Assembly: GCA_963555825.3 (NCBI GenBank)
Contig: CAUVXB020000001.1
Location: 2,272,001 to 2,336,000 of the forward strand
Length of the DNA stretch: 64,000 bases
Source: Alphaproteobacteria bacterium
GTDB lineage: Bacteria > Pseudomonadota > Alphaproteobacteria > JAAXGF01
Direction: 5' to 3'
Below, piece after piece: positions 52,029 to 64,000 of the stretch. How positions within the stretch are numbered: position 1 is the first letter of the stretch; every line of letters begins with the position of its first letter. Made by a program: the position numbers and the translations under genes. Under the pieces are notes generated by a model. That model was not told where the DNA came from. It searched no databases and saw only the letters and a program-made list of their open reading frames with translations.

Positions 52029-53012
52029 ATGAGCCAGGACCGGCAGGCGATCGATCGGGCAGACACGGTGACGATCTCCGTCGTCGTGCCGATGTACAAC
52101 GAGGCCGACTGCGTCGATGCGTTCTTCGAACGGCTTTACGCCGCGCTCGACACCGTCGGCGAAAACTTCGAGATCATCTGCGTCGACGACGGTAGTTCGG
52201 ACGACACGGTGGCCCGGCTGATGGCCCACCACGAGCGCGACCCGGCGATTAAGATTCTCGGGCTGTCGCGCACCTTCGGCAAGGATATCGCACTGACCGC
52301 CGGCCTCGACCACGCCGCCGGCGCGGCCACGGTGATCATCGACGCCGACCTGCAGGATCCGCCCGAGCTTATCCCCGCCCTCGTCGCCAAATGGCGCGAA
52401 GGTTTCGACGTGGTCTATGCGACGCGGTCATCGCGCGACAGCGATAGCCTGACCAAGCGGCTGACCGCATCGTGGTTCTATCGCGTGTACAACCGCCTCG
52501 CCGACGTTCCGATCCCGCACGACACCGGCGATTTCCGTCTGCTCGACCGGCGCGTCGTCGAGGCGCTGCGCAGGTTGCCCGAGCGCAGCCGTTTCATGAA
52601 GGGTCTCTATGCCTGGGCGGGGTTCCGCCAGACCGGCGTGCCCTATGTGCGCGAGGCGCGCGGCGGCGGCACCACCAAGTGGGGCTATTGGAGCCTGTGG
52701 AACTTCGCCTGGGACGGCATCACCTCGTTCTCGACCGTGCCGCTCAGGGTGTGGACCTATCTGGGGCTGATCGTCTCGCTCATCGCGCTCGGCTACGCCG
52801 GGTTCCTGGTCATCCGCACGCTGGTCATGGGCATCGACGTCCCCGGCTACGCGTCGCTGATGGTCTCGGTGCTGCTGATCGGCGGCCTCAACCTGTTCAC
52901 GCTCGGCATCATCGGCGAATATCTCGGGCGCACCTATATGGAGGTCAAGGCGCGGCCGATCTATCTGGTCAGGGACACCATCGGTTTCGATGCCGACGCG
53001 CAACGGAAGTAA
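52029..53012 (+). CDS. GT2 bactoprenol glucosyltransferase (GtrB-like)
   Basis: VVPMYNE, DDGSSD, DADLQDPPE, DTGDFRL, two C-terminal TMs, GEYLGR. Confidence 0.92.
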   Translation: MSQDRQAIDRADTVTISVVVPMYNEADCVDAFFERLYAALDTVGENFEIICVDDGSSDDTVARLMAHHERDPAIKILGLSRTFGKDIALTAGLDHAAGAATVIIDADLQDPPELIPALVAKWREGFDVVYATRSSRDSDSLTKRLTASWFYRVYNRLADVPIPHDTGDFRLLDRRVVEALRRLPERSRFMKGLYAWAGFRQTGVPYVREARGGGTTKWGYWSLWNFAWDGITSFSTVPLRVWTYLGLIVSLIALGYAGFLVIRTLVMGIDVPGYASLMVSVLLIGGLNLFTLGIIGEYLGRTYMEVKARPIYLVRDTIGFDADAQRK

Positions 53013-53015
53013 AGA

Positions 53016-53141
53016 ATGGAGCAACACGTCTCCGTCCGAATGACGGCGCTCGAAGACCGCCATTGGTGGTTCGTCGCGCGCCGGCGCATCCTTGCCGAAG
53101 CCATGACCCACCGCATCGATCTGCCGCAGACGACCCGCTGA
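53016..53141 (+). pseudogene. N-terminal stub of a class I SAM methyltransferase
   Basis: MEQHVSVRMTALEDRHWWFVARRRIL resembles the E..HWWF..RR start of methyltransferases often found after GtrB-like genes; stops after 41 aa. Confidence 0.65.
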
Positions 53142-53160
53142 CTGTCTGGCTACAGTCGGC

Positions 53161-53421
53161 TTAGTCTTCGACGGTGTTCGACCGCGCTGAACTCCGGTGC
53201 ATGCTGACCGCGCCATACGTGGCGACCAGATAAGGCACGACGAAGTTGAGACAGAGTTGCAGCAGGTCCAGGGCGGCGTCGCCGAACAGGCCGTCCCACT
53301 GATTGATCATGTTGAGGATGCTGCCGACCGCCAAGGCGACGAGCAGCGAACGGCGCGGCACGCCATTCGACGTCGCCCGCTGGAGCCAGGAACCTGCCGG
53401 GGTCTCGTCTGCCGCGCCCAT
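53161..53421 (-). CDS. Small membrane protein, NrtS-like
   Basis: RSLLVALAVGSILNMINQ...L.F.VPYLVATYG motif. Confidence 0.7.
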   Translation of the reverse strand: MGAADETPAGSWLQRATSNGVPRRSLLVALAVGSILNMINQWDGLFGDAALDLLQLCLNFVVPYLVATYGAVSMHRSSARSNTVED

Positions 53422-53624
53422 CGGTGCCCACCCATCACCCATTTCGCCCATCGCCCACCCGCGCGCCCAGGCGCGCGGCGACCCGAACCCGGCCGAACGG
53501 CAATCAGCATAACCAAGTCTATCGAATGCCGGCGCACAAGGCACGCCGAACCGCGCCGGTCTGGCGCGGCCGCGAAACGAGGACATCACGCATAACCGAC
53601 GCAAATACGGCGAAGATGCCGAAA

Positions 53625-53822
53625 ATACGGTGTCAGACACCATAATGTCGTTTTGTTATTACTCAGTTCACCGAGTTCAATTGAACCAGCCATTCCATCG
53701 GTGCGCGGGGTTTTTCGCAGCGAGAATTTCGGCACGGGGCGTCGTCAAGCAGGAAGTATCCAATAAAGTCAACAGCTTGCTTTATTTTGCCAGTCACTTA
53801 TAAAGGTGTCTGACACCGTTTA
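53625..53822. repeat. Inverted pair of GGTGTC(A/T)GACACC palindromes enclosing an AT-rich spacer (REP/REPIN-like)
   Basis: ACGGTGTCAGACACC at 53627-53641 and GGTGTCTGACACCGT at 53805-53819. Confidence 0.65.
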
Positions 53823-53867
53823 TGGTATGATTGGTCGTGGCGTGGCGCGCCGCGTCACGGCGGCGGT

Positions 53868-54917
53868 TCAGTCGTCGACGGCGTCGCAGCGGAACATTTC
53901 GATCTCGCCCTTGCCCTTGACCGGGATGCCGCCGAGCGATTCGCCCCGGCAGTGCTCGGTGACCTGTCGCCAGGCGGTTTCGCTGAGCACCACGGCGTCG
54001 CGCCCGGCGTGGCTGCAGACGCGCGCCGCGGTATTGACCGTGTCGCCCCAGAGATCGAAAGAATACTTCCGGCGGCCGATGATGCCGGCGACCACGGGGC
54101 CATGGTGGATGCCGACGCGGACGTGCCAATGGGCCGGCAGCTCCTGCGACGCGGCGACCATGTCGAGGCCGCAGCGCACGCAGGCGAGCACCTCGTCGTC
54201 GACCGGCTCGAGCAGGCCGGCCGTCGCCATGAAAGCGTCGCCGATGGTCTTGATCTTCTCGAGCCCGTGCTTGAAGGCGACCTCCTCGAACGCCTCGACG
54301 AAGGCCTGCAGATGCGAGACCACCGTCTCGGGGTGGTTCTCGTCGCAATACGAGGTGAACGAGACGATGTCGGCGAACAGGACGCCGACGTTTTCGTAGC
54401 GCCTCGGCTTGACGTCGTCGGTCTCCTTCAGTTCCTTGACCGCGGGCAGCGGCAGGATGACGCCCAACAGCTCGTCGGATCGCTTGCGCGCCGCCTCGAT
54501 CTCGCGCAGGTACTCGACCTCGCGGTCGTGCAGACGCTTCTTTTCGAGGCAGGCGCCGATGCGCGCGCGCAGCAGCACCGGGTTGAACGGCTTGGGCAGG
54601 TAGTCCTGGGCGCCGAGCTCGATGCATTTGACGACGCTGTCGATGTCGTCGAGCGCCGAGATCATGATCACCGGGATGTCGCGCAGCGCCTCGTCGCCGT
54701 TGATATGCTCGAGCACCTCATAGCCGTTCATGACCGGCATCATGATATCGAGCAGGACCAGGTCGAACGGCTTCTGGGCCAGCGCCTCGAGCGCCTCGCG
54801 GCCGTCGTTGGCGGTCGTCAGGTTGGTGTAACCCTCGCGCTTGAGCCGGCGCGTCAGCGTGTAGCGGTTGTCTTCGTTGTCGTCGACGACCAGGAGGGCG
54901 GGACCCTCTTCGGTCAT
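53868..54917 (-). CDS. Response-regulator adenylate/guanylate cyclase (REC + class III cyclase)
   Basis: LLDIMMP; LFADIVSFT, KIKTIGDAFM, FDLWGDTVNTAAR, KGKG. Confidence 0.92.
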   Translation of the reverse strand: MTEEGPALLVVDDNEDNRYTLTRRLKREGYTNLTTANDGREALEALAQKPFDLVLLDIMMPVMNGYEVLEHINGDEALRDIPVIMISALDDIDSVVKCIELGAQDYLPKPFNPVLLRARIGACLEKKRLHDREVEYLREIEAARKRSDELLGVILPLPAVKELKETDDVKPRRYENVGVLFADIVSFTSYCDENHPETVVSHLQAFVEAFEEVAFKHGLEKIKTIGDAFMATAGLLEPVDDEVLACVRCGLDMVAASQELPAHWHVRVGIHHGPVVAGIIGRRKYSFDLWGDTVNTAARVCSHAGRDAVVLSETAWRQVTEHCRGESLGGIPVKGKGEIEMFRCDAVDD

Positions 54918-55292
54918 TCCGCCGGATCTCCGGGCAACAGCGCGGAGATTTTTTTCCAACAGGCGGGCAAGGTCGACCGGCTTGGTGTCGTAGTCGTCGC
55001 AGCCGGCGGCGAAGGCCTTCTCGGCATCGCCGGCCATGGCGTGGGCGGTCAGCGCGATGACCGGGATGTCGCGCGTCTCGGGCGCGGCCTTGAGCTGGCG
55101 CGTCGCCTCCCAGCCGTCGAGCACGGGCAGGCTGAGGTCCATCAGGATGAGCGCCGGCATTTCGGCGGCCGCCATCGCGACGCCCTGCTCGCCATCGTTT
55201 GCGACGATGACCTCGAAGCCTTTGCGCGCGAGCCGTCGCGTCAGCATGTAGACGTTGTCCTCGTTGTCCTCGACATACAGAATTTTGGTCAT
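54914..55292 (-). CDS. Single-domain response regulator (DivK-like); fused in frame to the cyclase in this sequence by an A7 run
   Basis: VEDNEDN, LMDLSLP, ALTAHAM, TKP; removing one base from the run near 54950 gives EKISALLPGDPAE* overlapping the cyclase ATG (ATGA). Confidence 0.85.
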
Positions 55293-55313
55293 CGTATCAC
55301 CAACGCTCGTCGT

Positions 55314-58571
<3,258 letters not shown>

Positions 58572-58905
58572 TATCGAGACCTCGGCCCGATGCGTGACCC
58601 GGCACGCGACACCGCGCGTACCGATCGTTCAGCCCCGAACCGATGGCCAAGATTATGCCTTGGAACGTGCACGACTCCCCCCAACGGCGGCGCACCGACG
58701 ATCAGGCTGCAACGATACACCGGGGCCCGCCGCGCGCAAAATCCCGATGTTGCCATTCGCTCTCGGCACAGGACAACCACTCTACCACGTCTTGGCGGAC
58801 GATCCGTCGCGCGAAAATACGCGAGCCGCGGTGCACTGGGGTCGGAGTTCGGTCCGTTCGCGTCCAGATCGCCCGACCGGGCGATTTTGTCGCGCGGGGC
58901 GCCGT

Positions 58906-59535
58906 TCAGCGCACCGGGTGCTCGGGTCCGCGCCCGCGATAACGGTCGATGAACGCCGCCGCGGCGTCGGCATCGAACGTGTCGAGGCGCAGGATCTTGT
59001 TCCACGCCGCCAGGACGACCGCCTCGCCCAGGCCCGGCTTCGGCGCGACCACGATGCCGCTCCACGGGGCGGCGTAGAGGCCGGCCCAGCGTTCGATCGT
59101 CGCAAACACGCCGGATGGTGGCGAGTCGTAATAAATCACGATCATGCCATGCTCGAGCGAATGAACCAGCTTGGTCCGCGGCTCTATCGTTTGGTAGACG
59201 CCGGGCTCGATCCAGGCCGGGTCGTGAACGCCCGTGGTCGGTGGGTCGCTGAGGTAGCGCACGTTCTGGCCTGGCGCGACGTGCCCACGGCCTTCGTCAA
59301 CCGTCGTGATGACGCGCGCTAGCGCCGCTTGGCCATCGCGGGCGTGATCGAGAAACTGGTCTTCGACCTGGGCATCGCGGTACCAGATGAACGCGACGAC
59401 GGCGACCACGGCAAGGCCCGCCGCGGCGGCGCCGAGGCGCCACCAAAGGCGCCGCGACGATACCTGGGCAGCACTTGCATCTCGTTCGGCGGCCGTCGGT
59501 CGTCTGCGTTGCCGCTTTTTGCGTGATTTTGGCAT
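58906..59535 (-). CDS. DUF3105-family membrane-anchored protein
   Basis: PPTTGVH, VHSLEHG, LAAW, GPE. Confidence 0.82.
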   Translation of the reverse strand: MPKSRKKRQRRRPTAAERDASAAQVSSRRLWWRLGAAAAGLAVVAVVAFIWYRDAQVEDQFLDHARDGQAALARVITTVDEGRGHVAPGQNVRYLSDPPTTGVHDPAWIEPGVYQTIEPRTKLVHSLEHGMIVIYYDSPPSGVFATIERWAGLYAAPWSGIVVAPKPGLGEAVVLAAWNKILRLDTFDADAAAAFIDRYRGRGPEHPVR

Positions 59536-59635
59536 GGGATTTTAACTATTTCAATGGGTTACGGGGTTTCATCGAATGTGCCGCCAATCGCTACATGGGG
59601 TCTCGGAATGCTTCTGCCCGATTTTATGTGAATTT

Positions 59636-59659
59636 GTCATTCGTTCGGGTGATGACGGT
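59636..59659. promoter_or_regulatory. Palindromic motif upstream of paralog 1
   Basis: GTCATTCGTTCGGGTGATGACGGT, similar to 60172-60195. Confidence 0.5.
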
Positions 59660-59767
59660 TCGCGGAATATGGTCGATGATTATTGGAACAACGGGGATCG
59701 ACCTATCACGCCCCGACGCCGGACCCAACGAATATTCGACGGGCCCGCCTGTGAGGAGACGCGTAAC

Positions 59768-60022
59768 ATGAGTGTCGAAGCCGTAGCTCTCGACTACCAA
59801 CATAGGCCGGTGGAGGCCTCGGGACACCCCCTGGATGACCGTGAGATCGCCGATCGAACGCGGCGCGCCCTCACCGAGCTTCAGGACGCCCTCGACGCGG
59901 CGGTTCTGGCCGGCCTGATCGTCGAGCCCAGTTTCACGCGCATCGAAAATCGGCTGACCCAGTGCGGCGCGCGCATCGATTCATTCGTCGCCAGGGTCCA
60001 TGTCCTGCGCCGCTTGACCTGA
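59768..60022 (+). CDS. Small hypothetical protein, paralog 1
   Basis: RBS GAGGAG; 84 aa; strongly similar to 60283-60543. Confidence 0.8.
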   Translation: MSVEAVALDYQHRPVEASGHPLDDREIADRTRRALTELQDALDAAVLAGLIVEPSFTRIENRLTQCGARIDSFVARVHVLRRLT

Positions 60023-60171
60023 AACGGGGGGTACGCCCCCTTCACTTCGTCTCATTCCCCCGCCCAACACCAAGCATAACTGCTCCTTGAGATGAAACGA
60101 TGTGACGCCGGGTCCGGCGTTGCGCGGCGTTTCACGTCGATGGATCGGCCGATTCATCAATCTGCCGATTC

Positions 60172-60195
60172 GTCATCCAAACGGATGATGACGGT
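60172..60195. promoter_or_regulatory. Palindromic motif upstream of paralog 2
   Basis: GTCATCCAAACGGATGATGACGGT (TCATCC-N4-GGATGA). Confidence 0.5.
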
Positions 60196-60282
60196 CGAAT
60201 GAAATTCGCCAATACTCACGCCAACATCGAGCAACGCGGATCACCGCGGCTGGTAACAAGTTCAAGAGAGGATTACAGCGCC

Positions 60283-60543
60283 ATGGCCAAGTCGAATTCG
60301 AACGCGATACCGCTCCACGAGGTCACCGAGGCCGATTATCGTGTCGGGTACCAGGACGATCGCGACATCGCCAACCGCATTCTGTCCGCCATGACCGAGG
60401 TCCAGGAAGCGATGGACCGGGCAGTCCTCGCCGGCATTATCGTCGAACCCAATTTCGCGCGCATCGAAAACCGGCTGACCCAATGCGGCGTGCGCATCGA
60501 TTCGTTCGTTTGCAAGATCGGCCTTTACCGCAAGCTCGCCTGA
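60283..60543 (+). CDS. Small hypothetical protein, paralog 2
   Basis: 86 aa; shares DR.IA.R...A.TE.Q.A.D.AVLAG.IVEP.F.RIENRLTQCG.RIDSFV. Confidence 0.8.
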   Translation: MAKSNSNAIPLHEVTEADYRVGYQDDRDIANRILSAMTEVQEAMDRAVLAGIIVEPNFARIENRLTQCGVRIDSFVCKIGLYRKLA

Positions 60544-60575
60544 GCGGCGGATACTGGCCCACACCGGAAATAGCC

Positions 60576-61172
60576 ATGCTTCGGATCGCACCATACCGCG
60601 CCCTCGCGGCGCTGACATTCGCGGGCTTCATGCTTGTGGCCGCGGGCGGCGATGTCGTCTCGCGCGCCCATGCCGCCAAGAAGCTGCCGCCAAGCGCCGA
60701 GCCGATGTATCTGTCGGCGTTCGCCAGCGTCATCACCGGTCGTCCTGACGACGCCGTCGAGCCGCTCAGCCATTTGGCGTCGGTCGATCCGACCATGGCC
60801 GATGTCCACAATGCGCTGGCGCTCGCCATCTTCACGGCGCGCCCGGACCAACATCAGCGTGCCTTCGTGCATGCGATGCGCGCGGTAGCGCTCGATCCCG
60901 ACGTACCGCAGTTTATCGTGACCCACGTGTTGACCGATCGCCGCAACTGGCTGATCGAGGCCGACGGCACTGCCCGGTTGACGCGCGTCGCGGCGCTGAT
61001 GCTGCGCGCCGCGGCGACCGTGCTCAAGACGGCGGACGAGCACGGGCGCGACCTCGGCCAGATCCTGATAACGATCGAGGCATCGCAGTCCAATCCCGAT
61101 TTCCCTTACCTGCTGCCCGGCTACGCGACACTCGTCGCCAATCCCAGGCTCGCGTTCACCCAACCGAACTAG
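60576..61172 (+). CDS. Exported TPR-like hypothetical protein
   Basis: Signal peptide; DPTMADVHNALA...AVALDPD pattern. Confidence 0.6.
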   Translation: MLRIAPYRALAALTFAGFMLVAAGGDVVSRAHAAKKLPPSAEPMYLSAFASVITGRPDDAVEPLSHLASVDPTMADVHNALALAIFTARPDQHQRAFVHAMRAVALDPDVPQFIVTHVLTDRRNWLIEADGTARLTRVAALMLRAAATVLKTADEHGRDLGQILITIEASQSNPDFPYLLPGYATLVANPRLAFTQPN

Positions 61173-61325
61173 GCGTCATTCACGACCGAGCAGACGATGA
61201 TCGTTCGCGCCGTCACCATTATGCGCGGACATTTCAGACGAAGCCGCGTCTCCGCGCTGGCTTTCGCGCGCCGGTTGGAGCAGCATCCCTGTAACCGAAC
61301 AACGCCGTAGAAGCCGGGAGCGTCG

Positions 61326-62462
61326 ATGTCGTCCATCGATTGGAACGCCTATCGTGACCGGTTCCCCGCCGTCCGGCGCTGGACCTATCTCAATACCGCG
61401 GGCGGCGGCGCCGTATCCGACGCGGTGGCCGAGGCCGGCAAGCAGTATTTCGACGATTTCCATCAGGACGGCGACACCCATTGGCCCGATTGGCGCGCGC
61501 GGGCCGAGGCGATCCGGGCGCTCGCCGCCGCCACGCTCAACGCGGAGCCGCGCGAGATCGCCTTCGTGCCGACCGCCTCGCACGGCCTGAACCTGCTCGC
61601 CCAGATGCTCGGTGGACCCGGCGTCGGCGTCCTCACGGTGGCGCGGGAGTTTCCGTCGGTCACGCTGCCGTGGATCAACCAGGGCTCGCCGGTGACGTTT
61701 CTCGAGCCGGCCGACGATGGCGCCATCGACCTCGACAGCGCGGCGCGCGCCGTGACACCCGAGACCCGGCATCTGGTCATCAGCCACGTCCAGTACCGCA
61801 CCGGCTACCGCCACGACCTCGGCGCGCTTCGTGCCTTCTGTGACGACAACGGATTGACGATGATCGTCGACGCCACTCAGTCGGCCGGCGCCTACCCGCT
61901 CGACGTCGCGCGGCACCGGGTCGATGCGTTGGTTACCAGCGCGTACAAGTGGTTGGGCGCCGGCTACGGCGTCGCCGTGCTCTACCTGCGCGACGGACTA
62001 CGCACGACGCTGGCGCCGCCCGCGGTCGGCTGGCGTAGCGCACGCGTGCCGTACGACATGCTGTACGACAGGCTCGACCTGACCGACGAGGCCGAGGGCT
62101 ACGAGCTCGGCCATCCGCCGATCCCGGGCATCCTGGCGCTCGGCGCGAGCCTCGGCCTGTTGCGCGAGATCGGCATCGAGCGGATCGCCGCGCGAATCGA
62201 CGCGCTCACCAGCGCACTGCACGACCGCGCGGCCGCCAAGGGTATGCGTGTCACGTCGACGACCGTCCCGGCGGCGCGGTCGGGCATCACGATTATCGCG
62301 CTCGACGCCGCCGAGGCGGCCCATGCCGAGCTATTGCGCCGGCGGGTCTTCGTCTCGCGCTACGGCGACAGCCTCCGCGTCTCGCTCCACTTCTATAACG
62401 ACGAGAGCGATGTCGAGCGGTTGATCGATGAGCTGGTGGACATAACCACGCCGGGCGGCTGA
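61326..62462 (+). CDS. Class V PLP-dependent enzyme (cysteine desulfurase-like)
   Basis: YLNTAG, DATQSAG, SAYKWL, RVSLHFYN; no obvious catalytic Cys loop. Confidence 0.88.
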   Translation: MSSIDWNAYRDRFPAVRRWTYLNTAGGGAVSDAVAEAGKQYFDDFHQDGDTHWPDWRARAEAIRALAAATLNAEPREIAFVPTASHGLNLLAQMLGGPGVGVLTVAREFPSVTLPWINQGSPVTFLEPADDGAIDLDSAARAVTPETRHLVISHVQYRTGYRHDLGALRAFCDDNGLTMIVDATQSAGAYPLDVARHRVDALVTSAYKWLGAGYGVAVLYLRDGLRTTLAPPAVGWRSARVPYDMLYDRLDLTDEAEGYELGHPPIPGILALGASLGLLREIGIERIAARIDALTSALHDRAAAKGMRVTSTTVPAARSGITIIALDAAEAAHAELLRRRVFVSRYGDSLRVSLHFYNDESDVERLIDELVDITTPGG

Positions 62463-62526
62463 CGCGACGACGAATAAAACCTATCGAGACAGCCCCCGGA
62501 TCGGCTGGGGGCGACCGTGGCTGGCC

Positions 62527-62757
62527 CTATTTGTCCCGCTTGTCGTTCTTGTTCTTTTTGCCGCCACTCCGCGGGCCGTGACGCTCATTGGCCTTGCTCA
62601 CGCATTCATCCTTCTGGCGCGCCCCGGCAAGCTTCTTGCATGCCTTGAGCGCGGCCTTGAGGTCGGCGTCCGAACCGGCGAAAGCAACGCCAGACGGCGC
62701 CGCTATCGGCGCCAGCAGGAAACCGGCGCACAGGAGAATTGCAAATCTCCGCGTCAT
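62527..62757 (-). CDS. Small secreted basic protein with two Cys
   Basis: RBS GGAGG, signal peptide ending AFA, C-x10-C, Lys-rich tail. Confidence 0.6.
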   Translation of the reverse strand: MTRRFAILLCAGFLLAPIAAPSGVAFAGSDADLKAALKACKKLAGARQKDECVSKANERHGPRSGGKKNKNDKRDK

Positions 62758-62808
62758 GGGTGTCCTCCGGGCTATCAGTTCCGACCGACGGTCGCGAGGC
62801 ACCGCGGC

Positions 62809-63300
62809 CTACTGGGCCTTCAGCATGACCTGCGCCACCATCGCTCCGATGTAGAGCGCCGCGCCAAAGACCAGATGTGAGGTGAAGTTCTGTATGCGGA
62901 TCGTGCCGCGGTTGGGCAACTTCAGAGCGCCGATTCCGAAGCCCAGTGCGGGCTGCAAGACGAGCCAGGGGAAGACCAGAGTGACCAGGCCGAAAACCAG
63001 GCCGTTGGCGATGTTGGGCTGGCTCGCCAGCGGTCCGTAGACGATGATCAGATAGACGCCGGCGAGGACGATGCCGATGAAATAGTGGAACAACCAGCCG
63101 ATGCCGTCCTCGCCGCCAACGGCGGGCGCGTCGGCGATCGTGTCGTGCAGGAAACGGCCGCGCGGCATCAGCGCGATCCAGCGCCCGACCAGCGCCCAAT
63201 TGGTCCGCGCCAGCCCCGAGACCATGCGGATCAGCTGCTGGTAGATATCCATGACGGTCGTCGCGACCACGCCGACGATTACGATCTCGATTGCCGACAT
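62809..63300 (-). CDS. DUF2938-family membrane protein
   Basis: ATTVMD, NWALVGRW, GWLFHYFIG, QPALGFG, SHLVFG. Confidence 0.85.
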   Translation of the reverse strand: MSAIEIVIVGVVATTVMDIYQQLIRMVSGLARTNWALVGRWIALMPRGRFLHDTIADAPAVGGEDGIGWLFHYFIGIVLAGVYLIIVYGPLASQPNIANGLVFGLVTLVFPWLVLQPALGFGIGALKLPNRGTIRIQNFTSHLVFGAALYIGAMVAQVMLKAQ

Positions 63301-63478
63301 CGCGGTGTCCCCCCGCTCGTTCGTTCCGCGCCGCTCGCCCCCGGCGCGCCCGATTGATCTTCGAGGCCGAGCCTACCACGAGACGCCGCCCAGCCGAACC
63401 CTCTTCGACGGCAGATGCGTCGGGGTGGCGCCCAGGCGAGCAAGGGTTGTGTACCCGGCGGAACCAATGCGCCCGGGC

Positions 63479-64000
63479 CTAACGCCGGAGCAGTTCGGCC
63501 AGACGGTCGAGGTGGCGCCAGTCGCGCAGCTGGCCGATCGCCGCGCTGAAATGGCCCTGGCGGCGGATGAACAGGTTCGTCTCGGGCACGCCCCAGCGCG
63601 CGAACAGCGCCCGGCCCAGCGCGAACGGCGTCACCGTGTCCGCCGTGCCGAGCACGGCGACGATGTTTTCCGGAGCCACCGCCGGCGCGCCGACCGGGTC
63701 GATGACGACGCGCCAGCGCGCCATCGCCTCGATCGTCCAGCCTGCGGCGCCGAGCGCGTCGGGCAGGCCCAGCGCGCGGCTCAGCGAGCCGTGGAAGGCG
63801 ACATCTTCCATGCGGTCGCACGATGTCACCGGCGCCAACGCGTCGGGGCGCATCGCCGCCGGCCAGTCGCGCGCCCGGACGCCGGCCATCTGGCTGACCA
63901 GCGCACCGAGGCTGACGCCGCCGAGCGCCACCGGCCCGGCGCTCGAACGCCGGCACCAGGCGATCGCCACCGCGGCCTCGCGCACCTGCGCCGAGAGCAG
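63479..64000 (-). CDS. Alpha/beta hydrolase, partial (5' end beyond the window)
   Basis: GVSLG nucleophile elbow, D (GTADTV), GHF. Confidence 0.75.
   Translation of the reverse strand: MLSAQVREAAVAIAWCRRSSAGPVALGGVSLGALVSQMAGVRARDWPAAMRPDALAPVTSCDRMEDVAFHGSLSRALGLPDALGAAGWTIEAMARWRVVIDPVGAPAVAPENIVAVLGTADTVTPFALGRALFARWGVPETNLFIRRQGHFSAAIGQLRDWRHLDRLAELLRR

Noticed and set aside
53868-55292. Novel REC-REC-cyclase fusion protein as given in the ORF track
   Set aside because: The fusion depends on one extra base in an A7 run; the alternative gives a clean ATGA-coupled two-gene arrangement

Overview
GC-rich chromosomal window. Gene content (cytochrome c-kdsB-pheA synteny, Caulobacter-type cpa/tad genes, sox/tdm) points to an alphaproteobacterium, probably marine (inference). 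From left to right: (i) an enamidase and a Tat-SBP/LivHMGF ABC transporter, separated by a ~7.3 kb accessory segment. That segment holds a tyrosine recombinase, a low-GC cyclopropane-synthase-like methyltransferase gene hit by an IS630 and by a 755-bp transposase-less cassette with perfect 43-bp IRs, and an IS1182-type element sitting at the exact centre of a symmetric ~270-bp repeat. (ii) A secreted caspase-family protein lacking both catalytic residues, a phosphoesterase, cytochrome c, kdsB, pheA and a proline-racemase-family enzyme. (iii) soxBDAG-like genes plus a TMAO-demethylase-like (DUF1989-GcvT) gene. (iv) A Tad/Flp pilus locus damaged by several independent lesions: a nonsense codon, frameshifts, an IS21 with an adjacent deletion, and IS3-like insertions. 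(v) Nfu, ATP-grasp and GtrB-like genes, a hybrid kinase-response regulator-adenylate cyclase operon, and small hypotheticals. The most striking signals are an IS3-like element with 14-bp target duplications at two independent sites, the cargo-carrying non-autonomous cassette, the centre-targeted symmetric repeat, and a pair of unknown small paralogs sharing an upstream palindrome. No CRISPR array, rRNA or tRNA was recognised. Several frameshifts lie in homopolymers and may be long-read errors. All calls are from motif recognition by eye; no searches were run.
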